Source: an uncultured Peptococcaceae bacterium
Lineage (GTDB): Bacteria; Bacillota; Peptococcia; Peptococcales; Peptococcaceae
Reading direction: 5' to 3'
Length of the DNA: 64,000 nucleotides
NCBI GenBank assembly: GCA_963931105.1
Contig: OZ007004.1
Coordinates: 622,973 to 686,972, forward strand
A program made the translations under genes and the position numbers. This document shows, piece after piece, positions 8,881 to 18,006 of the stretch; positions within the stretch are counted from its first letter, which is position 1; every line of letters starts with the position of its first letter. The notes beneath the pieces were generated by a model. The model saw only the letters and a program-made list of their open reading frames with translations. It ran no database searches and was not told where the DNA came from.

Positions 8881-10034
8881 CAGCGCCACCCCCAAAGCGC
8901 CCGCCGATACATCTCATAGAGATCGTCCTCCGCAAGCGCCACCGGATAATTGCCCAGCCGCTGCGCGTTGACCGAGCCTGCCAAAAGCGCCAGATCGCCC
9001 TCGTCCGCTGGCAGCCAGCCGTTGTCCAGCGCCGCCGCAGTGCGCAGCGCCAGAAATGCATCGAGGCCATCCTGCGGCGTTTTACCGCCGAGAAGCCGCG
9101 CCAGCTCCGCAAGCGTCTGCGCCAGCGCCGCATCTTCCGCGCTCGCCGCAAGCAGCCGCTCCCACGCCGCCGGCAGACAAACCGCCGCCGCATGACCATG
9201 GCGCAGGCCATAGAGCGCCGTCAGCTGGTAGCACATCGCGTGCGCCGCCGTCGTCGTCGTCAGATTGATCGCGCGGCCGGCAAAATTCGACGCCACCATC
9301 ACCGCGCTCGCTGCTGCCTCGTCGCCACGCAGATACGCCGCCGCATTCGCCGCCAAAAGGCCGATCGCCTGCGCAGCGTAGGTGCGGCTCTCCGCCGTCG
9401 CGCGGCGCGACCAGTAGCTTTCGATGCTGTGGCAGAGCGCATCGAGAAACGTCGCTGCACGCTCCGCATCCGGCAACGTTGACAATTCTTCCGGATCGAG
9501 GATCGCCGCTTCCGGCAGCAGCGCTTCATGGGCGACAGAATATTTCTTCCCGCCGATGTAGATCGTCGCAAAATGCGTCGACTCGCTCCCGGTGCCAGCC
9601 GTCGTCGGCAGCGCCACATGCGGCACCGCCATCGGCTGCGGATGCGTCAGGCGCTCCAAGAGAGAAGCGCGCGCATCCGTCTCGCCCAGCGCCTTGATCC
9701 CCTTCGCCACATCCATCGCGCTGCCGCCGCCAATGCTGAGGATCCCGTCGCAGCCCTCCGCGCGGAACATCGCCAGCCCTGCCTGCACCTGCTCCGCCGT
9801 CGGATTCGGCGCAAATCCGTCGAAATGCACCAGCGGCATCCCGCGCCGCGCCATTTCCTCCGCCACGCCGCTGCGCGCAAGTCCACCGCCACTCACCACC
9901 AGCGGCTTCATCACACCCAGCCGCGCCAACAGCGTCGGCACATCGCCAGCGATAGCCAGCTCAGCCGTCGCCCGACCATCCGCCAGCGCCAGCGCACCGC
10001 CCGCACGTTCAAAAATCACCTGTTCCAAAATCAT
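8880..10034 (-). CDS. iron-containing alcohol dehydrogenase family protein (phosphonoacetaldehyde-reductase-like)
   Basis: GGGSAMDVAK and LPTTAGTGSE motifs of Fe-ADH, 384 aa. Confidence 0.85.
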   Translation of the reverse strand: MILEQVIFERAGGALALADGRATAELAIAGDVPTLLARLGVMKPLVVSGGGLARSGVAEEMARRGMPLVHFDGFAPNPTAEQVQAGLAMFRAEGCDGILSIGGGSAMDVAKGIKALGETDARASLLERLTHPQPMAVPHVALPTTAGTGSESTHFATIYIGGKKYSVAHEALLPEAAILDPEELSTLPDAERAATFLDALCHSIESYWSRRATAESRTYAAQAIGLLAANAAAYLRGDEAAASAVMVASNFAGRAINLTTTTAAHAMCYQLTALYGLRHGHAAAVCLPAAWERLLAASAEDAALAQTLAELARLLGGKTPQDGLDAFLALRTAAALDNGWLPADEGDLALLAGSVNAQRLGNYPVALAEDDLYEMYRRALWGWR

Positions 10035-10100
10035 TCACCCCTTCGTGTCATTCATGCGCTTATTATACCACAGCAGCCAAATTCCTGCATCCTTTCCCAC

Positions 10101-10129
10101 TTGACGCCGCGTGCGCAATGTGGTATATT
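10101..10129 (+). promoter_or_regulatory. sigma70-like promoter for the membrane-protein/XRE operon
   Basis: TTGACG-N17-TATATT with TG at -15/-14. Confidence 0.5.
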
Positions 10130-10178
10130 TCTATCATAAGGAGCGAAATTCACCACATCGTGAAAGGAGTGTTTTCTC

Positions 10179-10532
10179 ATGCGACGGTTCAATCCCCTTG
10201 GCCTGCTGGCGTTGCTCTCGATCATCGCCGTGCTCGGCTTTCTCACAGACAACAAAGGATGGTTTGGCTTTTTCGGTTTCTTCTATTATATACGGTACTT
10301 CTGGGTGCTGCCGGACGAATTCTTTCTCGAAAATGTGCGCAAAACAGCGACGCTCGCTTTTTTCGCCAGCCTGCTTTCCCTCATTGTCTACGTGTTTCTC
10401 TTCTGCGCATTTTATGATCCAGCGCGTGCAGCCGCCATGGCCTTTGGCCTCAGCTTTGCCACGTCGGTAATCGTCTTCAGCCTGGCGCTGGCGCTCTGCG
10501 AATGGCGTGAACAGCGCGGTGCCCGCGAATGA
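10179..10532 (+). CDS. small polytopic membrane protein (DUF3796-like)
   Basis: 117 aa, 4 hydrophobic segments, motif PDEFFLENV. AAAGGAG RBS. Confidence 0.65.
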   Translation: MRRFNPLGLLALLSIIAVLGFLTDNKGWFGFFGFFYYIRYFWVLPDEFFLENVRKTATLAFFASLLSLIVYVFLFCAFYDPARAAAMAFGLSFATSVIVFSLALALCEWREQRGARE

Positions 10533-10546
10533 ACGGAGGGTCCAGC

Positions 10547-10912
10547 ATGAAATTCACACACATCAATCCTGTCGGCCTGCTTTCGCTCATGGCGCTGCCA
10601 GCTGCGCTCTGGTTTGTCAATGGCGACCGCAGCTATCTGGCATTTCTTATCTTTCTCATTTTTCTCCCTTACTTTGGCGTCAAGCCAGACGAATTTTTCC
10701 TTGAACATGTCAAAGTTGCTGCGCTCTGGGCATTTTTCGCAGAAATGGCCGTTGTAACGCTCGTGATCCTCGTCGCCACATTTCTCTCGGGCTCTTCTGC
10801 CGGAACAACAGCGCTGGCTGTAAAATGCGGGTTTCTCGCTGCGTATGTTTGCTTCACCGCCGTGCTCACTGTGCGCGAATGGCGTGAGTGGAAGGAGCTC
10901 GACGACGAATGA
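10547..10912 (+). CDS. small polytopic membrane protein, paralogue of the preceding gene
   Basis: Same architecture and the motif KPDEFFLEHV. GGAGGG RBS lies before ATG 10547. Confidence 0.65.
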   Translation: MKFTHINPVGLLSLMALPAALWFVNGDRSYLAFLIFLIFLPYFGVKPDEFFLEHVKVAALWAFFAEMAVVTLVILVATFLSGSSAGTTALAVKCGFLAAYVCFTAVLTVREWREWKELDDE

Positions 10913-11109
10913 TCCACAACCGCATCAAAGAATACCGCGCCCGCTTCGGCATGAATCAGGCAGAGCTAGCCGCGCGCGTCGGCGTGCGTCGTGAAACCAT
11001 CGGCAATCTCGAGAAAGGTCGCTACAATCCATCGCTGGTGCTGGCCTGGCGCATCGCCGAAGTGTTCGGTGTCCCGATCGAAGAAATTTTCACCATCACC
11101 GACGACTAA
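10909..11109 (+). CDS. XRE family helix-turn-helix transcriptional regulator
   Basis: MIHNRIKEYRARFGMNQAELAARVGVRRETIGNLEKGRYNPSL is a Cro/C1 HTH. ATGA overlap with the upstream stop. Confidence 0.88.
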   Translation: MIHNRIKEYRARFGMNQAELAARVGVRRETIGNLEKGRYNPSLVLAWRIAEVFGVPIEEIFTITDD

Positions 11110-11114
11110 AAAAA

Positions 11115-11150
11115 CAGAGACATTCCCGCGCGGGAGCGTCTCCGTTTTTC
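11115..11150. terminator. bidirectional rho-independent terminator
   Basis: GAGAC..CCCGCGCGGG..GUCUC hairpin flanked by an A-run and a U-run. Confidence 0.7.
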
Positions 11151-11152
11151 GT

Positions 11153-12142
11153 TTATTTATCTTTCATTTTCTCTAGCACCTTGATGGAATCCAGATAATC
11201 TTTTTCAACATCGCTCAACGTTCGTGCCTTATATTTTTTGTATTCATCCGTGGCCTTTGCCACTGCTTGTTTATGAGAGATCGTTCCATTGCCTTGTAGG
11301 AGTTCTTCTCCGCTCATGGTCAAAATCCTATCCAAATGCTCCGACCAATCCTGCATTGTCATGACCTGATGTCGCTCAGCTTGGCGTTCTGCAAAATCCA
11401 GATAACCAGAAACGATCTGCCCCATTGCACGTAGTTCCTTTTCATCCAAATAATTTTTTGCGACCAACGCTTCTCTTAAAGTCGGCTGTTTCCCGCTAAA
11501 AGTCATAAGGCCCATAAATTCTCTTTCTGCGTCTGCTCTTGAATAAATCACTTCTGCTGCAGTCTGACCATGAACAGCATAGTGTATTTTATTCTGGACT
11601 TTCCTAAAAAACTGAATAGAAACCTCCGCCTTCGGATCATAATCAATACTCGTCGCATAAATCTCAAGGATCTGCCGATAAAACACTTTTTCCGATGCTC
11701 GAATATCTCGGATTCGCTCAAGCAGCTCTCGAAAATATCCACTTCCACCCAGATTTTTTAATCGTTGGTCATCTAAAACAAATCCCTTGCGCAGATATTC
11801 TTTGAGCACATTTGTCGCCCAAATTCTAAATTGTGTACCGCGCTTCGATCTCACACGATACCCCACGGAAATGATGACATCAAGGTTGTAATGATCCACC
11901 TGATACATCTTTCCATCGGACGCAGTTGTTGCATATTTTACAACAACTGCTGAGCGATCTAATTCACCCTCTGCGAAGATATTTTTTATATGCCGCGAGA
12001 TTGTTGATTTATCTCTCTGAAACAACGTCGCCATTTGATCGAGCGACAGCCATACCGTATCTCCATCAAAGGCTACGTCAATCTTCGTGCCTCCATCTTC
12101 CGTTGTATAGATCAATATGCTGGAATCTGGCAATGTCTCCAC
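11153..12142 (-). CDS. RhuM family virulence-associated protein
   Basis: N-terminus ...ILIYTTEDGGTKIDVAFDGDTVWLSLDQMATLFQRDKSTISRHIKNIFAEGEL is typical of the RhuM family. The gene is visibly AT-richer than its flanks. Confidence 0.8.
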   Translation of the reverse strand: METLPDSSILIYTTEDGGTKIDVAFDGDTVWLSLDQMATLFQRDKSTISRHIKNIFAEGELDRSAVVVKYATTASDGKMYQVDHYNLDVIISVGYRVRSKRGTQFRIWATNVLKEYLRKGFVLDDQRLKNLGGSGYFRELLERIRDIRASEKVFYRQILEIYATSIDYDPKAEVSIQFFRKVQNKIHYAVHGQTAAEVIYSRADAEREFMGLMTFSGKQPTLREALVAKNYLDEKELRAMGQIVSGYLDFAERQAERHQVMTMQDWSEHLDRILTMSGEELLQGNGTISHKQAVAKATDEYKKYKARTLSDVEKDYLDSIKVLEKMKDK

Positions 12143-12172
12143 GCTCCTTGATTAGCAGAATCAAAACTTCTA

Positions 12173-13030
12173 TCAATACTTGATCTCGTGCTTGAGGAAG
12201 GTGCCATTGCGCAGCTCCACGCTGGCCTTGGCGATGTCGGCGAGGCTGTTCATCACGATCGGTCCGTGCCAGGCGATCGGTTCGCCGAGGGCAGGCGCGC
12301 TCATGACGAGGATCTGCGCCGCAGCATCCTCTGTTGCGGCAAGGCTCAGGCTTTCGCCAGCGCTGAGCTTGACAGCAGTTTTTTCTGCGACTGGCACGCC
12401 TTCAATGACCGCCTCGCCGAGCAGCGTAAAGGCAATCGTCGTGCGTGCAGGATCGGTCGGAATCTCTACGCTGGCGCCAGCTGAAAGCTGCACGTCGTAA
12501 TAATCGAGCGGCAGATGGCGCGACTGGAATCCCTGCACACCGTCAAAGCTACCAGCGATCACGCGCAATTTTCCACCATCGAGGGCAGCCTCCGGAATCG
12601 CATCATTCTTGATCGCATGATACGCTGGCTCCGTCATCTTTTCTGCCGCTGGCAGATTGAGCCAAAGCTGCACGCCGAGCAGCCGCTCCGATGCCGGCAG
12701 CTTTTCCTCGTGCTGAATGCCGCTGCCCGCTGTCATCCACTGCACCTCGCCGTCGGAAATCGTGTCCTCGTGGCCAAGGCTGTCGCGGTGCATCATTTTT
12801 CCGCTGGCGATGTAGCTGATCGTCTCAATGCCGCGGTGCGGATGCATCGGGAAGCCCGCCTTGTACGCTTCCGGCTCGGTGCTGTCGAAGCTGTCGAGCA
12901 TGAGAAACGGATCAAACGCTTCCGATGTTGGATGTCCCAGCACGCGCACAAGATCCACACCTGCGCCGTCAAATGTCTGCTGACCAGTGACTTGTTTTTC
13001 TATGGTTCTATTCACAATAATATCCTCCAA
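12173..13030 (-). CDS. pirin family protein
   Basis: HPHRGIETISY cupin metal motif, bicupin length 285 aa. Confidence 0.9.
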   Translation of the reverse strand: MEDIIVNRTIEKQVTGQQTFDGAGVDLVRVLGHPTSEAFDPFLMLDSFDSTEPEAYKAGFPMHPHRGIETISYIASGKMMHRDSLGHEDTISDGEVQWMTAGSGIQHEEKLPASERLLGVQLWLNLPAAEKMTEPAYHAIKNDAIPEAALDGGKLRVIAGSFDGVQGFQSRHLPLDYYDVQLSAGASVEIPTDPARTTIAFTLLGEAVIEGVPVAEKTAVKLSAGESLSLAATEDAAAQILVMSAPALGEPIAWHGPIVMNSLADIAKASVELRNGTFLKHEIKY

Positions 13031-13199
13031 TCGATATTAATCGTACATTCTGGCTCATCTTACTGTGATTGTACGCATTGTCTCTCCTCTTGTCAACGCT
13101 TTTCCGCATCAGGCGCGCATTCCGTCGTCCAGCGCAAAACTTCTCAGCCCGTTGGCGATAAACTGGCTGATCAGCCGCGCCGCCGAACGCTTCCGTGAA

Positions 13200-13379
13200 A
13201 TGACCGCTGACGACAGCGACAACCTCGGCGACGCTTACCGTGATATCGGCACCGCTTATCGCAACAAAGACCGTCGCGACGCCCGCGCCATCAAAAAAGC
13301 CGCCAAAGAAACCGCACGCGAATACAAAAAATTTGGCAAACAAGTCGCAGATATCTACCGCGGTTCCGAAGAAAAATGA
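13200..13379 (+). CDS. possible small helical protein (start uncertain; the ORF extends to 13065)
   Basis: MTADDSDNLGDAYRDIGTAYRNKDRRDARAIKKAAKETAREYKKFGKQVADIYRG. No clear RBS. Confidence 0.25.
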   Translation: MTADDSDNLGDAYRDIGTAYRNKDRRDARAIKKAAKETAREYKKFGKQVADIYRGSEEK

Positions 13380-13631
13380 GCCATTGGGCTACTCCCTTTC
13401 AAGCCACGCATATCCAAACGAGATATGCGCGGTTTTCTCTGCACGCCGCTGTTTTCTGCTATAATAGAGAATATCTAAAAAAGCACGAAAAGGAGTACAC
13501 ATCTATGCGACCAACCATTCTTTACATTACGGCTGGCGCTTCCTCACCATGGCGCACGACGACGATGGCGCGCCGATCCGCTTATATGTACACAACTTTT
13601 AATGATCCACCTGTCGTGGTATAATAAACTT

Positions 13632-13782
13632 GCAGCCACTGCTGCGGCAAAGATAAAAACGCAAAGCGCCGTTCGCGCGAGAGCCGGTAGGTAGCCCGGC
13701 CGTCTCACACTCGTGAGGTAAGTAACCTGCCCCTCCTGGGTTGTCCATTCTTTGTCCATCTTTTTCAAAAGGAGGGACCAAG
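13632..13782 (+). promoter_or_regulatory. structured 5' leader of the yjdF-family gene (yjdF-type riboswitch candidate, translational)
   Basis: Extended -10 TGGTATAAT at 13617-13625. Several hairpins. CCCUCCU (13731-13737) is complementary to the RBS AGGAGGG (13770-13776). Confidence 0.4.
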
Positions 13783-14199
13783 ATGGCGCAAACTACACTC
13801 ACACTCACGGTGTATTTTGAGGATCCATTCTGGGTCGGCGTGTTCGAGCGCGTGGAAGACGACCAACTTTCCGTATGCAGGCATGTTTTCGGCGCAGAGC
13901 CAACGAATGCCGAAGTGCTCGCGTTCGTACAGCAGCGTTTCCGGAAGCTGGCGTTCAGTCCAGCCGTCGCTGCAGATCGCCAGATGCATCATAGCAATCC
14001 GAAACGCCGCCAGCGCGCCGCGCGAAAAGCCTCCGCATCACGCGGCATCGGCACCAAAGCGCAACAAGCACTCGCCGCTCAGCACGAAGTCAGCAAAAGC
14101 AGCCGCAACGCTTTTCAGCGCAAAGCCTGCGAAGAAGCACAGGCAGAACGCTACGCCAAACGCCGCGCCAAACAAAAAGCCAAACACTGTGGGCATTAG
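13783..14199 (+). CDS. YjdF/DUF2992 family protein
   Basis: MAQTTLTLTVYFEDPFWVGVFERVEDDQLSVCRHVFGAEP plus a basic K/R/A-rich C-terminus, typical of the family. Confidence 0.8.
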   Translation: MAQTTLTLTVYFEDPFWVGVFERVEDDQLSVCRHVFGAEPTNAEVLAFVQQRFRKLAFSPAVAADRQMHHSNPKRRQRAARKASASRGIGTKAQQALAAQHEVSKSSRNAFQRKACEEAQAERYAKRRAKQKAKHCGH

Positions 14200-14205
14200 C
14201 CAACC

Positions 14206-14256
14206 GGGGCTGTCACACAAACGATGGTTTTCGTTCGTGTGACAGCCCCATTTTCG
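14206..14256 (+). terminator. rho-independent terminator
   Basis: 13-bp perfect stem GGGGCUGUCACAC/GUGUGACAGCCCC followed by AUUUUCG. Confidence 0.85.
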
Positions 14257-14310
14257 TCCTCAATTTTGCGATCAACTGCCCATAGTGGAAATATTGCTGA
14301 ATCTCCATCG

Positions 14311-15749
14311 TTACTCTTCATGCGCCACCGTAATATATTTCTGGTTGCGACTCGTCGGTTTGTCCGGCAAAGTCATTTGAAGATGGCCGCTGTCAAGAAG
14401 CGGCTTAAGATACAGCCTGGTAAAGCTCTTACTATTCGAGTAGCCACAGTATGTCGCTATTTCTGCTTTAGACCGCGGCTCCTTACAATAATCCAAAATC
14501 TTATCTTGGGTCTTATCTTGGGTCTTATCTTGTTCTCTACCCACAAGATCTTTCTTCCCAGGTCCTACTTTCGCTGTCGCGGTCGGCGACAGCGGAATCA
14601 CAATGCGAAACACATCGCCTTCTGTGAACGCTGGCTCGCCACCGGAATAATAGGCCGTGTATTTGTAGGTATTGCGCATGCCGCTGCCAAGCTCGTCCGC
14701 TAAACCGATCTCACGAAAACTTTGGAGATCGGCGGATTCTTTGCAAAGGGCTCAAACGCCGAAAGCTGCAACACACCGTGACCGTGAGCACGGTTGGCGT
14801 TTTCAGTAAACATGCGCTCGCGTTCGATGACAAATTTTGCTACATAGCCGCTGGAATAATCGCGATGCGCCAAGCTGTTCGAAAAAATCTCACGCAGAAT
14901 CTTATCGCGTGCACTAATGCTCTGAATCCCCTCCATGACAAATGGATCGCTGAGATGCTTCTTGCCAAATGCCATGAGACGGTCGTAGCTCTCAAGCAGA
15001 TTGGTGATGATGACATCACGGTCGTCATAACGATCGAGGTTCTCAATGCGCAAGATCGCATCTGTTTTGTGCTGCGGCAGCACCGCCATGATCGTTGGAT
15101 CTTTGCCAAAGAGCAGAATGCCAGCGATCGTCACTCCCTCGATCTGCCTCACATCATCGCGCAAAATCAGTCCAGCGCTGCGCAGCATCGCTTCATCGCT
15201 CATCGTGCGCCAAGGATGATCGCTCGCACGCACACGCGTCATCTCTCGCGCACGGTCGATGAGATCTGCGCGCAGATCATCCATTTGAAAGCCCGTAACT
15301 TTATTGACAAAATAACTGCTGCTCTTGCGCGCGTACAGCTGATAAACCATATCCACACTGTTTGTAATATCGATGTCCGCTTCATGATTGCGATCAAAAA
15401 TTCGCCCGCGATGCCGGCAAACCTGCGTACTCGGTGGAATCTGGATGACAAGCAGTACGTGCCCCGCCACCTCAAATGTCTGTGGTTGCAGATAAAGCGG
15501 CGGATAAAATTTTTCGGCGTTGTTGATCGCTGTGACAAAATCTGCCTTCATGTGATCGATGGCTTCTGGCGCAACACCGGTGATCGTTCCGTCGTCGCTG
15601 ACACCCAACAGGATCACGCCACCGTCCCTGTTGGAAAAAGCGCACACAGTATCATAAACATCCTTTGTGATGGCTGTCGCCGAACGCTTGAACTCAACGT
15701 TGATGCCCTCACCGCCACGCACCAGTTCAATAATTTCTGCTTCTGTCAT
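14311..15749 (-). pseudogene. AlbA_2/Schlafen-type ATP-binding putative transcriptional regulator (RecG-like annotation family), frame broken near 14716-14719
   Basis: N-terminus MTEAEIIELVRGGEGINVEFKRS...AFSNRDGGVILLGV. The ORF stops at 14700. Adding one T to the T4 run restores ...KVFREIGLADELGSGMRNTYKY... and joins the 14311-14679 wHTH part. Confidence 0.8.
14500..14532. repeat. 12-bp tandem repeat, 2.75 copies (cttatcttgggt), inside the AlbA_2-type gene
   Basis: Read directly from the sequence. Encodes DKTQDKTQDK on the minus strand. Confidence 0.9.
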
Positions 15750-15890
15750 GTTCATCCTCCTTTCGCACATTGTTCTACATTCTATTGTACGAAATACAGA
15801 CCGCAATGGCAAGCACGACGCTTGCGGCTTTTCTCTGCGCCGCGCTTGTGGTATACTACTCATCGACACATAGGAAACGGAGGGGAATCT

Positions 15891-16783
15891 ATGAACAAAT
15901 ACACGCGACGCGGCCATCTGGCGGCGCTGCTGACGGTGCTCATCTGGGGCACGACGTTTATCGCGACGAAGGTGCTGTTGGAAAGTTTTCAGCCGGTGGA
16001 GATTCTCTTTTTTCGTTTTCTCCTGGGCTATGTGGCGCTGTGGATCGTCTTCCCGCATCCGCTGCGCAAAACAACGGCGCAGCAGGAATGGATCTTTGCC
16101 GGCGCCGGGCTTTGCGGGATCTGTCTCTACTATCTGCTGGAAAACATCGCGCTGACCTACACAATGGCTTCAAACGTGGGCGTGATCGTGGCGGTGGCGC
16201 CGCTTTTCACGGCGATGCTGGCGGCACTTTTTCTGCGCGGCGAGGAGCGGCTGCCGGCGAATTTCTTCGTGGGATTTCTCGTAGCGATGGCAGGCGTCTG
16301 TCTCATCAGCTTTAACGGCAGCGCGCTCTCGCTGAATCCGCGCGGCGACCTGCTGGCGCTTCTGGCGGCGTTGGTCTGGGGGTTCTACTCGATCCTCACG
16401 CGCAAGATCGCCGCTTTTGGCTACCCAACGATCCAGACGACGCGGCGCACATTTTTCTACGGGCTGCTCTTTATGCTGCCAGCCTGCTGGCTCTTCGATT
16501 CCAGCCGGGTCTCAGCCGTTTCGCCGATCCGCTGAATCTGGCGAACATTCTCTTCCTCGGGCTCGGCGCGTCAGCGCTCTGCTTTGTCACCTGGAACACG
16601 GCGATCCGCCATCTTGGCGCGGTGCAGGCGAGTCTCTACATTTTTCTCACGCCGGTGATCACCGTTGTGAGCTCGGTCATCATCCTCGGCGAGCCGTTCA
16701 CCTGGATGACAGCCTGCGGCACGCTGCTCACCCTCGGCGGGCTCGTGCTCTCCGAGCTGCGCGGCCTGCGGCGCAAGCGCTGA
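15891..16783 (+). pseudogene. EamA/DMT family transporter, frame broken between ~16500 and 16535
   Basis: The first half runs 15891-16535 (LIWGTTFIATK...). The second EamA half (RFADPLNLANILFLGLGASALCFVTWNTAIRHLGAVQASLYIFLTPV...) continues in another frame to TGA 16783. One extra base in GGG (16507-9) or TTT (16519-21) restores it. Confidence 0.8.
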
Positions 16784-16786
16784 ATG

Positions 16787-16830
16787 AAAAATCTCCATCA
16801 TCTGCTCATAAGCGAATGATGGAGATTTTT
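16787..16830. terminator. bidirectional rho-independent terminator
   Basis: AAAAUCUCCAUCA...UGAUGGAGAUUUU. Confidence 0.8.
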
Positions 16831-17214
16831 CTATTTCACAGCAGAAAACGCCGCTGCTTCCTCAACCCAGCACATGAGTTCGTCGTCCACTTCAAGCGGA
16901 GAAGCGAGCACCACATGATGCGTCCAGCGATTTGGATAAGGCTCGGTAGCGACAGCGATACGCGGCGACTGCACCTCGTGCTCCAGGCCAAAGGCGACGA
17001 CGAGATACGGATCTGGCAGCTCTTTTTTCTTGCGCACGCGCAAAAACGACACACAGCAGAACTGGTGTTTATTATAGAAGGAAATCTGCGTTTTCTGTAC
17101 TTTCATGCGTGTGTCTGGCAGTCGCTCAAAAAGCGCCTGCTCGAATGCTTCATACATCGGCAGCGCCGCACGCTGTTTGTCAAAAAAGAGCAGGACATCT
17201 GCATCCATGGTCAT
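16831..17214 (-). CDS. conserved hypothetical protein (DUF5655-like, tentative)
   Basis: 127-aa ORF with plausible composition. Family assignment is from memory only. Confidence 0.5.
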   Translation of the reverse strand: MTMDADVLLFFDKQRAALPMYEAFEQALFERLPDTRMKVQKTQISFYNKHQFCCVSFLRVRKKKELPDPYLVVAFGLEHEVQSPRIAVATEPYPNRWTHHVVLASPLEVDDELMCWVEEAAAFSAVK

Positions 17215-17265
17215 TCCCCTTTCACGAAAGTGCTCGTAAAAAGTGCTCGCATTTTAAGAGCACTT

Positions 17266-18006
17266 TTATTTATAGCTCACAACCTCAATGCCACGCGCTT
17301 CTGCCATGGCTGTCCAGTGTGCGAGCTGTTCCTCGCTCGGCGTGGCGAAGCGGGGATCCGGCAGCGCCAGCCCGAGCTTTTCGTATTTTGCTTCGCCGTA
17401 GCGATGATACGGCAAAAATTCCAGCTTGGCGCGAATCTGATTCTTCTCGAAAAAATCGAAGACGCGCGTCATTGTCTCGTCGTCGGCATTGACGCCGACG
17501 ATCGTGGGAATGCGCACAACGAGCGGCAAGCCCTCGTCACTGGCGCGGCGGATGTTCTGCAGGATCAGCGCATTGTCGACGCCGGTGAATGCGTGATGCT
17601 GGCGCGGATCGATGTGCTTGATATCGATGAAAATCGTGTCCATCTTGCGCAGGGTTGGCGCCATCTGCGCGTAGTCAAAATACCCGCAGGTTTCGATCGC
17701 CAGCGAAAATCCTTCGTCGTAGAGCGCGTCCACCATTTCCCGCAGGAAATCTGGCTGGGCTGTGGCTTCGCCGCCGGAAAAAGTGACGCCGCCGCCAGAC
17801 TGGCGAAAGAAGATCGCCTGATGGCGCAGCTCAGCAAGAATGTCTTCCGTTTCTGCCCAATGGGTCATGGCGTTGCGCCGCGTCTGCCCCTCGGGATTGG
17901 CGCACCAGGCACAGCGCAGCGGACAGCCCGCCATGAACACAATGGTGCGGATGCCGTCGCCGTCGTTGACCGAAAAATGCTGCAGTTGCATGATATAACC
18001 GCCCAT
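17266..18006 (-). CDS. glycyl-radical enzyme activating protein (radical SAM, short PflA-like form)
   Basis: GCPLRCAWCANPE CX3CX2C cluster motif. 246 aa with no ferredoxin-like insertion after the motif. Confidence 0.9.
   Translation of the reverse strand: MGGYIMQLQHFSVNDGDGIRTIVFMAGCPLRCAWCANPEGQTRRNAMTHWAETEDILAELRHQAIFFRQSGGGVTFSGGEATAQPDFLREMVDALYDEGFSLAIETCGYFDYAQMAPTLRKMDTIFIDIKHIDPRQHHAFTGVDNALILQNIRRASDEGLPLVVRIPTIVGVNADDETMTRVFDFFEKNQIRAKLEFLPYHRYGEAKYEKLGLALPDPRFATPSEEQLAHWTAMAEARGIEVVSYK

Noticed and set aside
13505-13624. 39-codon ORF with an AAAGGAG RBS (MRPTILYITAGASSPWRTTTMARRSAYMYTTFNDPPVVV)
   Set aside because: It has no recognisable family or protein-like pattern and overlaps promoter-like elements. 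I mention it only as a possible leader ORF under the yjdF finding and did not annotate it as a gene.
13544-13768. 74-aa minus-strand ORF (MKKMDKEW...)
   Set aside because: It lies antisense to the yjdF leader and RBS and has no RBS of its own.
14778-16535. 585-aa plus-strand ORF
   Set aside because: The first ~370 codons are antisense to the AlbA_2-type gene and have no protein-like features. Only the part from ATG 15891 (the EamA transporter) is real.
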